Below are positions 47,632 through 56,783 of a stretch of DNA of 64,000 nt, piece after piece. The position numbers were made by a program, and so were the translations under genes. Source of the DNA: a virus; the IMG/VR virus record IMGVR_UViG_3300020048_000036, positions 32,001-96,000 of that record; one strand, given 5' to 3'. How positions within the stretch are numbered: the first letter of the stretch is position 1; each line of letters opens with the position of its first letter. Under the pieces are notes generated by a model. The model was not told the origin of the DNA, searched no databases, and worked only from the letters and a program-made list of their open reading frames with translations.

Positions 47632-49642
47632 ACCATGTTTTTCCTGAGTTGGCTTGGGCTTTGTGCCTAACTAAACCACTTGTTAAATAAAAATCTCCTC
47701 CTTGTAACATACACCTTTCAAGTATAGGTTTATACATCGTAACTAGTTGATTATCAACGTGTAACAAAAGCTCATCATGGATAATATTAGATATTTGTAC
47801 CATGTGTTGATGGTTATTTTTTAATATCTCTTCAAATAATAAAACCGCTGCCCTCTTAGTAACAAAAGCAGATGTAGCTTGCACAGGGTTGTTAAGACAT
47901 AATCTTAAATATTTGCTCTTGGTTTTAAAGTAGTGAGAAATCCAACTTTTATTATCAGAGTATAGTTTATACTCTTTGTAGTTTACGGGTTCATATGTTT
48001 CTTCTTTTGAAGCAGCCTCTTTAACTTTCTTATACTCCTCCTTACCCATTCTATAACTTTTCCAGAAGTCCTTATCCAAACTTTCTATTTGGTCATGGCC
48101 TTGTTTGAAATCCTCAAAGAAAGGTAATTTAAGTTTAAATCCCTCTGCGGATTCAATATAGCCTACTTCTATTGCTTTTGCAAGAATACCCTCCCCCCAG
48201 ATTTTAACTGCTGCATGAAGCTCATCATATGCCAAAGAAACAGACTCACCTTCTTCCAAGGAAAGATTTTGATTTTTTGAGATAGTGTAGCCATTTCCAC
48301 CATATGCTTTGGCAAAACGTACAGGTTTAGCAAAGTTACGTTTATCCTTATGCTCTTTTTTGATAGTCTCATCATCTAAGTGTGCTATAGAGGGAAACAA
48401 TACTCTTGCTAAAGCACAGTGCAAGCAGTCCCCATTAACAATTGATGCAATCATAATTGGGTCCTGGTGGAAATCGGCCCCCTGTACATTTTCTTGTGAG
48501 TCAAAATCGGCTACAATAATAGAAAAACCCTCTTTAGCTTCAAAACAATCCCTTGTGCGTTCATTAGCTGGAAGGTTAAGACAATTGAACTCATTACGTC
48601 TTGTGGAGATACGGGCCGTATCTAACATAGGGTTGAAAGTAGTATATATGAACCCATCCTCAACTTTGTCCAATATATTTTGCCCATAAGTACTAACATC
48701 ATGGGCACTTTCTTGGTACTTTAACCAAATATCAACAAACTCATGTCCACTTCGTTTAATGGTATCTTTTCCTATAGTTTTCTTTTCAGGGTCTTCATCA
48801 CTTTCTACATTTACACCATAAGCCTCAAACACAGGTATCATTTGTTGAGATGAAGCTAGATTGACAACTATTCTTTTTTCTGTTGAGAATAGGTCTAGTT
48901 GGGGGTCTCTAAATTGCGGAAGGGTATCATAAATATACTCCACTACTTTTTGTTCAGCAGCAGCTAGTTCTTTTAAATCTTCCTCAATCTTAGCTTTCCA
49001 CTTATCTACGTTTATAGGTAACCCACACTGTTCCATATAAGCCAACGCTTTTACATACCTACAATGTAGTTTAAATGCAGGTATAACTCCATAATCCTGC
49101 ATCTTTTTCGCAAGGACTTTCATTAACTCTATTAAACGGTCTACGTCATTAAAACAATATTGTATGGCTTCTTTGTTAGATAATTGTGTTTTCGCAATGT
49201 TTTTCTGCTCGGTTTTGTCATAAATTGCATCAAGATGAACTCTCATTACAGTACCGAAGTCATTTCTTGAACCTTTGACACCATTTTGAAGCAACATAGA
49301 GGCTATCATAGTATCATAAATTTCATATTTCTCAAAGAAATCATACTTGTAAAACCAACCGAGGTCAAAAGTAGCATTATGAAAAACTAATATATGATTA
49401 TCCAAGTAAGGCTTTACCTGCTCAAAAAATAGTTCACCACCAAGTTGTTGGAGGTCTATAAGATAGTTATTCTCACCTGTACCAATCTGCACAGCGAACA
49501 TATGGCCTTTGCGAGGATAAAGGGAGGTTGTTTCAGTATCTACTGCAATGGTTTTCGGAAGTATCATATCCTCCAATTTACAGTAATTGTACTGTCCAAT
49601 TTTCTCGAAAAACTCTTTGTTATTAGTTATAATGTAATTCAT
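47618..49642 (-). CDS. polA: Family A DNA polymerase with 3'-5' exonuclease
   Basis: Exo I VDTET, Exo II HNATFD, motif A ADFDSQE, motif B RNFAKPVRFAKAYG, motif C IHDE; uninterrupted. Confidence 0.93.
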   Translation of the reverse strand: MNYIITNNKEFFEKIGQYNYCKLEDMILPKTIAVDTETTSLYPRKGHMFAVQIGTGENNYLIDLQQLGGELFFEQVKPYLDNHILVFHNATFDLGWFYKYDFFEKYEIYDTMIASMLLQNGVKGSRNDFGTVMRVHLDAIYDKTEQKNIAKTQLSNKEAIQYCFNDVDRLIELMKVLAKKMQDYGVIPAFKLHCRYVKALAYMEQCGLPINVDKWKAKIEEDLKELAAAEQKVVEYIYDTLPQFRDPQLDLFSTEKRIVVNLASSQQMIPVFEAYGVNVESDEDPEKKTIGKDTIKRSGHEFVDIWLKYQESAHDVSTYGQNILDKVEDGFIYTTFNPMLDTARISTRRNEFNCLNLPANERTRDCFEAKEGFSIIVADFDSQENVQGADFHQDPIMIASIVNGDCLHCALARVLFPSIAHLDDETIKKEHKDKRNFAKPVRFAKAYGGNGYTISKNQNLSLEEGESVSLAYDELHAAVKIWGEGILAKAIEVGYIESAEGFKLKLPFFEDFKQGHDQIESLDKDFWKSYRMGKEEYKKVKEAASKEETYEPVNYKEYKLYSDNKSWISHYFKTKSKYLRLCLNNPVQATSAFVTKRAAVLLFEEILKNNHQHMVQISNIIHDELLLHVDNQLVTMYKPILERCMLQGGDFYLTSGLVRHKAQANSGKTWYEAK

Positions 49643-49656
49643 ACAACATTTTCTTT

Positions 49657-49685
49657 AAAACAAAAAAGGATGTCTAAACACCCTT
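49657..49685 (-). terminator. Terminator-like hairpin just upstream of polA
   Basis: - strand aagggtgt-ttag-acatcctt followed by ttttgtttt. Confidence 0.6.
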
Positions 49686-50279
49686 CTTATTCACATCATA
49701 AAAATAATTATTGGTATCTTCACTAATCCATCTGTTACTTATCTCGCAAGAAAGGATTTCTGTATCTACCTTTTGTGATTTTGCAAGTTCTAATGTAAGC
49801 TCTTTCGTAACAAAATTACTATCAGCCCATAGTATCCTATTGTTTGGTTGGCAAAGCAAATAACCATCATCAGATACAAGAACATGACCGCACTTGTAAT
49901 CCGTTGGGTCATTGGAGAAAGCGTTGTTAAACCAATCAATAGTAAAAAGATATTCGGCCCATATCTTAGTTTGGTCTTTAAGTATCACTTGGCACCTATG
50001 TAACAAAGGATATTCTATTATGTTTGCCTCGTAACCAAAACAATCCCATAATTGTTTAAAATCGTGCGGAATATTTTTATTAGAAATAGATATAAAAATT
50101 TCGCTAAGAGGAACCCTAGAACGATGTATACCGTGTTCTGTTAGAACGTGAAAAGTAAGTATATGTCCAGGTAAGGACTGCACTGCATGAGCAATACAGT
50201 AATACCAATTATCACTATCTTTTTTGGTAAAATATGATTCACGGACATAACATTTAAAATGTTGGATATTGTAGTTCAT
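49674..50279 (-). CDS. Conserved phage hypothetical protein
   Basis: 201 aa with LWDCFG, YLFTIDW, HVL...DG....QPNNR, a pattern I recognise from phage proteins of unknown function. Confidence 0.6.
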   Translation of the reverse strand: MNYNIQHFKCYVRESYFTKKDSDNWYYCIAHAVQSLPGHILTFHVLTEHGIHRSRVPLSEIFISISNKNIPHDFKQLWDCFGYEANIIEYPLLHRCQVILKDQTKIWAEYLFTIDWFNNAFSNDPTDYKCGHVLVSDDGYLLCQPNNRILWADSNFVTKELTLELAKSQKVDTEILSCEISNRWISEDTNNYFYDVNKKGV

Positions 50280-50374
50280 TATATTGTATTTATAGGTAAT
50301 ACCCTAGCTTTCTAAGGGTGTATTCTGCGGGTAGGTTGAATAGTTTCATAATGGTTATATTTTGTTTCTGTATG

Positions 50375-50406
50375 TAAAGGTACTAATTATTTTTGAGATT
50401 CACAAA
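50375..50406 (-). promoter_or_regulatory. Canonical Bacteroidota promoter
   Basis: TTTG 50403-50406, 20-nt spacer, TACCTTTA 50375-50382. Confidence 0.7.
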
Positions 50407-50680
50407 TTTCTTTCGCAAAATTATTTGCAAGAGTTGTAAGGTATCTTGGTTTATAATGTTTTTCCAATCGAGTGTCATACCTAACCCCATTATAAATAAA
50501 CTGCATAACGGTTTTATCGGGAAGGGTTCCCCCGACTCTTACCCTTGACATTACCCATACAAAACCATGTTTAGTTGGACAAATACCATAAGTACCTATA
50601 TAACCCTCGGTTACTATTTCTGAAAAACCTTCACTACTAGGTTTAGTAATTTGTTTCTTTCTTACTATTTTAAATTCCAT
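50387..50680 (-). CDS. Hypothetical protein
   Basis: Start corrected to MEFKIVRKK at 50680. Confidence 0.55.
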   Translation of the reverse strand: MEFKIVRKKQITKPSSEGFSEIVTEGYIGTYGICPTKHGFVWVMSRVRVGGTLPDKTVMQFIYNGVRYDTRLEKHYKPRYLTTLANNFAKEICESQK

Positions 50681-51065
50681 TTCTGTAAGTTTGTTCTTTC
50701 CTGTATAAATCAATAAGTATATTATCACCCTCCTTAACTCCCCTTTCCTCATACCACAATACAACGTTATCTAACCATTCATCCTCCATATCTGCAAGTA
50801 CTACCCACTTAGGCTCACTTCTACCATCCTTACCTATGTTAAGCCTATGGAAGTTTTGGCGGATTACCTTAAATGGAGCATCAGAGTAGATACTTAGTTC
50901 TGTTTCCTGTCCATCACCACTACGTCTAAGGTATTCTAAACCTCCATCTACCATATAAGTTACACCATTTTTGTCTAAGTGTTGTTTATAGTCATGCCTA
51001 TTGTAGGATGTTAGGATTGTTCCATCAGGTGTCTTAATTCTGTTTAGGATTATTCTTGGTTCCAT
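50670..51065 (-). CDS. Conserved phage hypothetical protein
   Basis: S..RHDY...MVDGGLEYLRR motif. Confidence 0.6.
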   Translation of the reverse strand: MEPRIILNRIKTPDGTILTSYNRHDYKQHLDKNGVTYMVDGGLEYLRRSGDGQETELSIYSDAPFKVIRQNFHRLNIGKDGRSEPKWVVLADMEDEWLDNVVLWYEERGVKEGDNILIDLYRKEQTYRNGI

Positions 51066-51110
51066 AAATTTTGTTGTTGTATGAAAAGGATTTTTGCAAA
51101 ATTACTGTTG

Positions 51111-51323
51111 TTAATTATTCCTTAATATAAAGGAACATAAATTTAGGTGCATAATACCAAATGTAGCCTTTGAAAATTCATTGGTAAATGTACCAACATT
51201 CCCGTTAGGAAATACTGCTTTTATAAGAATAGTACAAATACCATCAGGTTTAGTAATAGTTGTGTCAAAAACAAGTACTTCTACTTTATATTTATCCAAC
51301 AATTCTTGAATTTGTTCTTTCAC
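51111..51323 (-). CDS. Hypothetical protein
   Basis: 70 aa, part of a chain of overlapping ORFs. Confidence 0.5.
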   Translation of the reverse strand: MKEQIQELLDKYKVEVLVFDTTITKPDGICTILIKAVFPNGNVGTFTNEFSKATFGIMHLNLCSFILRNN

Positions 51324-51565
51324 TTGTAATTTTTATTAAGAAACTGTATGATACTTATGTTATCCGCAAAGGCATTGATAACTTCCGCCAAATCCCTTTC
51401 TTCCATAAACTCCCCTGATAAACAAGAACTAAAAACCCAACAATCCTCTTGTTTAGTTATAGTACCATAATTAACATTTATTACGGGGGTTTCCCTATAA
51501 TCTAAATAAAAATGACTTATTAAGCTACTTTCTTTTAAATTTTCAAGAAATTTATTTAGTTTCAT
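51320..51565 (-). CDS. Hypothetical protein
   Basis: 81 aa, 4-nt overlaps with neighbours. Confidence 0.55.
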   Translation of the reverse strand: MKLNKFLENLKESSLISHFYLDYRETPVINVNYGTITKQEDCWVFSSCLSGEFMEERDLAEVINAFADNISIIQFLNKNYK

Positions 51566-51807
51566 AACAGTTTTAATTTTTCAGTAAGTTTTTTAATCTT
51601 ATTCCAATGTTCTTCTTGTAATTTCTCTCCAAATAAACCTGTTTCAGGAATACCCGTCAATTCAATTCGCAAATCACGAATTTCAGATTTAATCCTAGAT
51701 TTTTCCGCATTTAAAGCTTTGTTACATACAACAACTTCAAACGGATAATCCTTTTCCAATAACCGTAATTTTTGTCTAAAAGTCATCTTCAAATTCATCA
51801 AACTCAT
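51562..51807 (-). CDS. Hypothetical protein
   Basis: 81 aa. Confidence 0.55.
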   Translation of the reverse strand: MSLMNLKMTFRQKLRLLEKDYPFEVVVCNKALNAEKSRIKSEIRDLRIELTGIPETGLFGEKLQEEHWNKIKKLTEKLKLL

Positions 51808-52054
51808 TTATAAAATCGTCCACAAAATCCAAATCAGGAGTAAGACAATTACCTTTACCAAAAATCTCGTTTGCAAGTAACCTTTCCAACTTAGATAAAT
51901 CATCTTCTTCCAAATATAAATCCTTGATTTTCTGCGGAACTACACCTAACGTAAGCTCACTAGCTAAACTAATTAGTGCATCATCCTTCTCTACTAATAG
52001 TCCATTTATATAAAGACTACAATTCTTAAATTCCAAACTAACCCCTGTGCCCAT
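51776..52054 (-). CDS. Hypothetical acidic protein
   Basis: 92 aa, downstream of a canonical promoter. Confidence 0.55.
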   Translation of the reverse strand: MGTGVSLEFKNCSLYINGLLVEKDDALISLASELTLGVVPQKIKDLYLEEDDLSKLERLLANEIFGKGNCLTPDLDFVDDFINEFDEFEDDF

Positions 52055-52081
52055 AATCTACTTACTTTTAATTTTCTGAAA

Positions 52082-52113
52082 CAAAGATAACACTTTTAAA
52101 CCAAACTACCAAA
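52082..52113 (-). promoter_or_regulatory. Canonical Bacteroidota promoter
   Basis: TTTG 52110-52113, 20-nt spacer, TATCTTTG 52082-52089. Confidence 0.75.
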
Positions 52114-52135
52114 TCTACAAGATATATTTCTGAAC

Positions 52136-52375
52136 TTAGTCATAAAATGGATTTTTATCCTTGGATTTTACAACCATTTCCTCTAAACCAAAGGTCATTA
52201 TAAATAAATCATCTTCTAGTATAACTATAGGTTTATTTTTTGTACCTTTCTCTGTTAAGAATGGGGTACGAAATTTACCCCTGTAAACTCTTTTTAACTC
52301 CGCTTTCATTTTTTCAGCAAGTTCCCTTACTTTCTCCAACTTTATTTTCTGCTTCTCTGTTAGTTCTGGTTTCAT
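52136..52375 (-). CDS. Hypothetical basic protein
   Basis: 79 aa. Confidence 0.55.
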   Translation of the reverse strand: MKPELTEKQKIKLEKVRELAEKMKAELKRVYRGKFRTPFLTEKGTKNKPIVILEDDLFIMTFGLEEMVVKSKDKNPFYD

Positions 52376-53034
52376 ACGATATATTTCTGAACTTCCTCGT
52401 TAAACTTTTCCCAATTCAACTTATCCCAAGCCTGAACCTTATCAAACCTAGCCTTAAATCTATGTTCATCTGAAATGTCCATATAAACAGCATCACGAAA
52501 TGTCCAACCTTTTGAAGCAAGTATTGTTGTAGGTATCCCAAGTAAGTACCCTGCCTTAACACCCGCCTCATCTATACCAGTTTGACCACCACTCCTAATA
52601 CTTACAATTTTATTCTGTAGGTTTGGATGCAAAATGATTTCTCGCAATAAAGCGTAGGTAAAGTAGTCTAGTTGTTGCTGTGAATATTGGTTTCTAAGAG
52701 TGGAAATACTATTCCCCGCTATGTTAAGTGTCCTAATGTTATGTCTGTTAAATGAAGCAACAGTTAAATCTATAAGTCCTTTAGGAACTTCAAGTACCCT
52801 ACTAATATCTATGTCACAATACAGCTTTTTATTTTTAAGCACTGACTTTTTGGTAAGAATTTCACCTGCACTTGTGAAATCAGCAGCAATCGCAATAGTA
52901 CAGTCTGCTTTAGCGTTCTCTACAGTACGTTCCTTGTAACCCTTAACGGGTGATTCTAGGAATTGTATAGGGTAATAACCTGCTTCACCAAACATAATTA
53001 AATCCTTGTAAACTTTTTGTTGTGGATGTTTCAT
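52372..53034 (-). CDS. SLOG-superfamily (YpsA/cpYpsA-related) protein
   Basis: Motifs Y.ERT..NA.AD.TIAI, LNIAGN and RSGGQTGIDEAG...LGIP. Confidence 0.7.
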   Translation of the reverse strand: MKHPQQKVYKDLIMFGEAGYYPIQFLESPVKGYKERTVENAKADCTIAIAADFTSAGEILTKKSVLKNKKLYCDIDISRVLEVPKGLIDLTVASFNRHNIRTLNIAGNSISTLRNQYSQQQLDYFTYALLREIILHPNLQNKIVSIRSGGQTGIDEAGVKAGYLLGIPTTILASKGWTFRDAVYMDISDEHRFKARFDKVQAWDKLNWEKFNEEVQKYIV

Positions 53035-54323
53035 TAACTAGCCTCCTCCATGTCAACTACTTGTGTATCTTTTATAATACCTTCAAGTACTTTAAATTCA
53101 AAAGATTTATATTTATATGTTTCGTTAGTACTATCTACACGGAGACAAATACCTTCTTTAATATGCGATTCATCTATTGTTGATGGCCCTTTTGCTAATT
53201 TCTCGCAATGATGAAGTACTAATTCATCAATACAAACTGGAACATCTTTAGTATAAGCAAAACTATATAATTCAGGAACATGTGTTACCCCAATCTCATC
53301 GCATCTCTTTTTCACATCTTCCCAATTATAATCCAATGTATGTCCATCCTCGTTAGTCATTGTGATACGATACACGTAAACATTGCAGGTGTGATTTGGA
53401 CAGCCGTAACTAAATACCATATGTTCCCCATACTGTTCCGTAAAAGCCTTATCTTTAAGTGCCTTGGTATTCACACCTGACATAATAGGCTTACCCATCG
53501 GTTCAAAACCTACAATCTCAAAATAAACAGTCTCACCTTTCCGCAAATTACCCTCGAATTTACTGAAAGCATAGTCACGGATAGTAGTATCATGGAATGG
53601 TTTGGAGTCCTTAGATTTGGATTCACCCAATACAACCCTCCTAGAGCCATTCAGATAGCCCCAATATGTTTTTTGGATAGGTATTCCAAAGAAGGACAAA
53701 ACCCTCTCAAAACGGCTTAAATTGCGTTCTAGGAGTACATGTCCTACCCGACCTGATGTACCGTGTACCTTTTCAGTGATAATCAGTTTCGTATCTATTG
53801 GTATTTTATGTAAATTCTTGCCTAGTTGGTCTGTATCAAAATGCTCTTTGAACATAATGGATGATTTGGAAGACTTTTTATTAGATTTTCCAAGTGAACC
53901 AGCTTGTCTTGTAAGTGGTGTCATGTATTTTTCGCAAATAGGAACCCCACTAAACTCGGTAAGACTAATGTGTTCTTCCAATTTATCATAACCTTTTATA
54001 AAGGAAAGACTTGAAATAGGAACCCAAAACCCATCACTTACTTCGCCACGGAACTTCTGTGTACGAACACGCCTATTATCGTCAAACATACCCGTTGGAG
54101 CATCTATATTTTTGTTAAGTTCAGCCTTTCGGTAAAGATTATTATTTTTCACAAATTCATGTGACAACCTTCCATCAGTAGGAAAATATATCCCCAAATC
54201 CCCTTCTTTTGTATCCAATCCCACTACAACTTGGTTTCCCTGACAGGTAGCAAGTAACACTTTATCTGCATTGCTATGTGGTCTTACGTTTTTAATCCTT
54301 AGTATTTCTGCACTATACGACAT
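53034..54323 (-). CDS. ATP-dependent RNA ligase (Rnl2/DRB0094-like) with N-terminal OB-like domain
   Basis: RPHSNADK, motif I TEKVHGTS, YFEIVG, EGICLR and YKYKS motifs. Confidence 0.85.
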   Translation of the reverse strand: MSYSAEILRIKNVRPHSNADKVLLATCQGNQVVVGLDTKEGDLGIYFPTDGRLSHEFVKNNNLYRKAELNKNIDAPTGMFDDNRRVRTQKFRGEVSDGFWVPISSLSFIKGYDKLEEHISLTEFSGVPICEKYMTPLTRQAGSLGKSNKKSSKSSIMFKEHFDTDQLGKNLHKIPIDTKLIITEKVHGTSGRVGHVLLERNLSRFERVLSFFGIPIQKTYWGYLNGSRRVVLGESKSKDSKPFHDTTIRDYAFSKFEGNLRKGETVYFEIVGFEPMGKPIMSGVNTKALKDKAFTEQYGEHMVFSYGCPNHTCNVYVYRITMTNEDGHTLDYNWEDVKKRCDEIGVTHVPELYSFAYTKDVPVCIDELVLHHCEKLAKGPSTIDESHIKEGICLRVDSTNETYKYKSFEFKVLEGIIKDTQVVDMEEAS

Positions 54324-54338
54324 TGTTTTTATTGGTTT

Positions 54339-54653
54339 TTAGTTATAAATAGTGTTTGAAATTTTACTTGATTCAATCAATTCCGCAACAAGTTTTTCTG
54401 CAATAATATTATCTTCGAGGGGTATAAACTTTGATGCACTAAAACTACGCTCTCCAAACCCATTACTATATAATGCTGGAAAGTTTTTTATCTCATTAAG
54501 GTAAATACCACCACCATCTTTGTCAAAACCACGTACAGAATAAACCTTGTCTTTTTTCGGGTAAGTATTAAATATACCCATTTCGTTATCAGCCCTCATA
54601 GAAGGTTCAAAATTCTCTTCAACACATACAACTTTTTGGTCAAGTTTAAACAT
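54339..54653 (-). CDS. Hypothetical protein
   Basis: Start corrected to MFKLDQKVVCV at 54653. Confidence 0.55.
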   Translation of the reverse strand: MFKLDQKVVCVEENFEPSMRADNEMGIFNTYPKKDKVYSVRGFDKDGGGIYLNEIKNFPALYSNGFGERSFSASKFIPLEDNIIAEKLVAELIESSKISNTIYN

Positions 54654-54879
54654 GGAAAAATTCTTTAAGGATTGGTAGATAATATTCACTAGTATTATTG
54701 TAAAACCAAGCCCGTAATGTCTTAGCATCATGCTCATCAATATTATAACGTTCAGGATTATAGTGGAATCCACGTAAGCAACTTAGGTCTGCAAAGTCCT
54801 GTGCGGTTATATCACTACGTACTTCCCCTGAACTAAGGATGTTTTTGATAATGCTTTTTATTTCTTCAATTGTTTCCAT
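54646..54879 (-). CDS. Hypothetical protein
   Basis: 77 aa. Confidence 0.55.
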   Translation of the reverse strand: METIEEIKSIIKNILSSGEVRSDITAQDFADLSCLRGFHYNPERYNIDEHDAKTLRAWFYNNTSEYYLPILKEFFHV

Positions 54880-54881
54880 AA

Positions 54882-55061
54882 TTATTTCTTTGTAGTGTCA
54901 ATTAACTCATAAGGGCCTAACACAATAGTCAAAACTATGTCCACACAATCTTTATGATTGATATATCCTTCACCACCGTTGGCTATTTTCTTTCCGTTTG
55001 TAGCAACTAGTTTCCAGCGGAATTGCTTTTTGCGGTCTCTGTAAATGATGAGCTTTCTCAT
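54882..55061 (-). CDS. YegP/DUF1508-family small protein (not in the ORF track)
   Basis: MRKLIIYRDRKKQFRWKLVATNGKKIANGGEGY... matches the Y.D....RWRL.A.NG.II..GEGY pattern. Confidence 0.8.
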   Translation of the reverse strand: MRKLIIYRDRKKQFRWKLVATNGKKIANGGEGYINHKDCVDIVLTIVLGPYELIDTTKK

Positions 55062-55513
55062 AGTTGTATTTGGTTATATGGGTTAAGAAAACTACTAGCA
55101 CTCACGGCTTGGTAATTTTCAATTAAATTAAAAAGGTCAAAATTATTATCAAGTAGGTACTTGGTTGCCAAAAATTGGTTAACCTTCATCTTTGCGCCAT
55201 CAAAGGATAACTCAACACCCCTATCTAACTCAACTGTTAACCCTACTTTACTTTCACCATCAATAGCTTTAAATCCTATCGAATTTTCATATTCATAATA
55301 TTTTTCAATATTAGTTAGTGTACCCCACATACTTTCTCCCCATTGCAAATTCCATATAATGTGGAATAGTTCTTGGGCTTGCTCTTCCGTCATATCAGAC
55401 AGTTGGTAAAGGGAGGGTGTTTTTACCCAATCAACATCCTCTGTAGGTCTAGTTTTTACATAACCCATATTAGGATACAAGTGTTTAACGTCTTCAAATT
55501 TTAGTTTCATCAA
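55058..55513 (-). CDS. Hypothetical protein
   Basis: 151 aa. Confidence 0.6.
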   Translation of the reverse strand: MMKLKFEDVKHLYPNMGYVKTRPTEDVDWVKTPSLYQLSDMTEEQAQELFHIIWNLQWGESMWGTLTNIEKYYEYENSIGFKAIDGESKVGLTVELDRGVELSFDGAKMKVNQFLATKYLLDNNFDLFNLIENYQAVSASSFLNPYNQIQL

Positions 55514-55573
55514 CTTATGTATTTAATTTGTTAGTAATAATTTCAATATATAAGTTTAATTTTTGCGAAAAGA

Positions 55574-55762
55574 CTAAGCTCTCTCAACTTCATACAAAAA
55601 TCCCTCCTTAAAGAAATCTAAAAGTGTTATCCAATACAATAACTTCCAATGCGGAGCGTAATTAACCAATCTAGGTGTACTACAAATACGGTACACTTGG
55701 TATGGACCTACTACAACTAGTTCCCCAATTTTATGTTCGTGTGAATCTGATTTGAGTGTCAT
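55574..55762 (-). CDS. Hypothetical protein
   Basis: 62 aa. Confidence 0.45.
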   Translation of the reverse strand: MTLKSDSHEHKIGELVVVGPYQVYRICSTPRLVNYAPHWKLLYWITLLDFFKEGFLYEVERA

Positions 55763-55921
55763 TTTTCTGTAGATTTTGTATATGTTTCTAATTTTAAAAG
55801 ATAATCTGAATTTAATAGTTCTTCGCTACTTACCTTTTCCATCCAATGTATTTCACCGTCTATTTGAACCCCCACTTTAGTATCTGAGAGTTCATATCCC
55901 ATATCAGGGGGAAGTTTCCAT

Positions 55922-56410
55922 TTAAGATTGTCCATCAATATAATTTTCCAATGCGTTAACTAATTTTGTCCTTTCTTCTACCAAAGGTAATACTTTTTTT
56001 AACAAAATCCAAACTTTCGGGAATTTATTTTCTATTTCGCTGAATTTATGGCAATCTAAAAGATAATCAAAACTTGTGTGTTCCTGCCAAGTAAGGTAAA
56101 CTACATTCTCATCTATTGTAGCTACAGATTTGTGGTTTCGCTTAGGTAACAAGTGAGCGATGTTAAGTCGACTTGGATTAAATATTTTTTCACCTGTGGT
56201 GCTGTAAGGATTTTTAGACAGTATTAATATATGTTTGTCAAAGAATTGGTTTAGTTCTTCCTTATTCCCCTTTGGTTTAGGCTTACTTTTAATCTTAGAC
56301 TGTTGTATAGGTTTAAAAGTTTTTGAAGCGCAAAAATCACATTTGCCTTTACTAAAGATAAACTTTTCTTCACCACATTCGCTACAGATTTTCCTTTTGC
56401 GTTGTATCAT
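55922..56410 (-). CDS. Zinc-finger plus HNH-like nuclease
   Basis: CSEC...CDFC followed by AHLLPK...ENVVYL...EH..FD. Confidence 0.6.
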   Translation of the reverse strand: MIQRKRKICSECGEEKFIFSKGKCDFCASKTFKPIQQSKIKSKPKPKGNKEELNQFFDKHILILSKNPYSTTGEKIFNPSRLNIAHLLPKRNHKSVATIDENVVYLTWQEHTSFDYLLDCHKFSEIENKFPKVWILLKKVLPLVEERTKLVNALENYIDGQS

Positions 56411-56559
56411 ACTTCTTTTTCAATAACTCCTTCTTCAACCAAGTTACTAAAAATCTTTGTTGCTGCTACCTCGGCCCAATCTAAACTAGTCCTATAATGC
56501 TTTTCATGTTCGGTCTTAATCCTGTTCCGAATTAAGTCTATTATTTCTTGTTTTTTCAT
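56407..56559 (-). CDS. 50-aa hypothetical protein (not in the ORF track)
   Basis: MKKQEIIDLIRNRIKTEHEKHY...; 4-nt overlaps on both sides. Confidence 0.6.
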   Translation of the reverse strand: MKKQEIIDLIRNRIKTEHEKHYRTSLDWAEVAATKIFSNLVEEGVIEKEV

Positions 56560-56783
56560 TCTTCCAATTTTACAACGTTAGTGGGTAGTAACCTATATTC
56601 TTGTTTCTTACCTCGTAAATCCAGTTCCCCATCCTCGTAGCATTTAATATACACTTCTGTATCCTTATCAAAATTATGGGTCTTAAATTTGTGTGATAAC
56701 TTATTCTCCTCTAGTTCAGATACTTTTTTCCGAACTACAAATACAGGCATTCCTTTCTTGATTACTTTTATAATTTCGCTCAT
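56556..56783 (-). CDS. Hypothetical protein
   Basis: 75 aa. Confidence 0.55.
   Translation of the reverse strand: MSEIIKVIKKGMPVFVVRKKVSELEENKLSHKFKTHNFDKDTEVYIKCYEDGELDLRGKKQEYRLLPTNVVKLEE

Noticed and set aside
47618-49642. Intron or intein splitting polA, given the adjacent endonuclease
   Set aside because: Exonuclease and polymerase motifs A, B and C are contiguous in one ORF, so the endonuclease is free-standing.
55759-55935. Possible -1 frameshift joining MDNLKW...TKVG to VQIDGEIHW...
   Set aside because: Only a GGGG run and no stimulatory structure seen; cannot be told apart from a decayed gene or a sequencing error.
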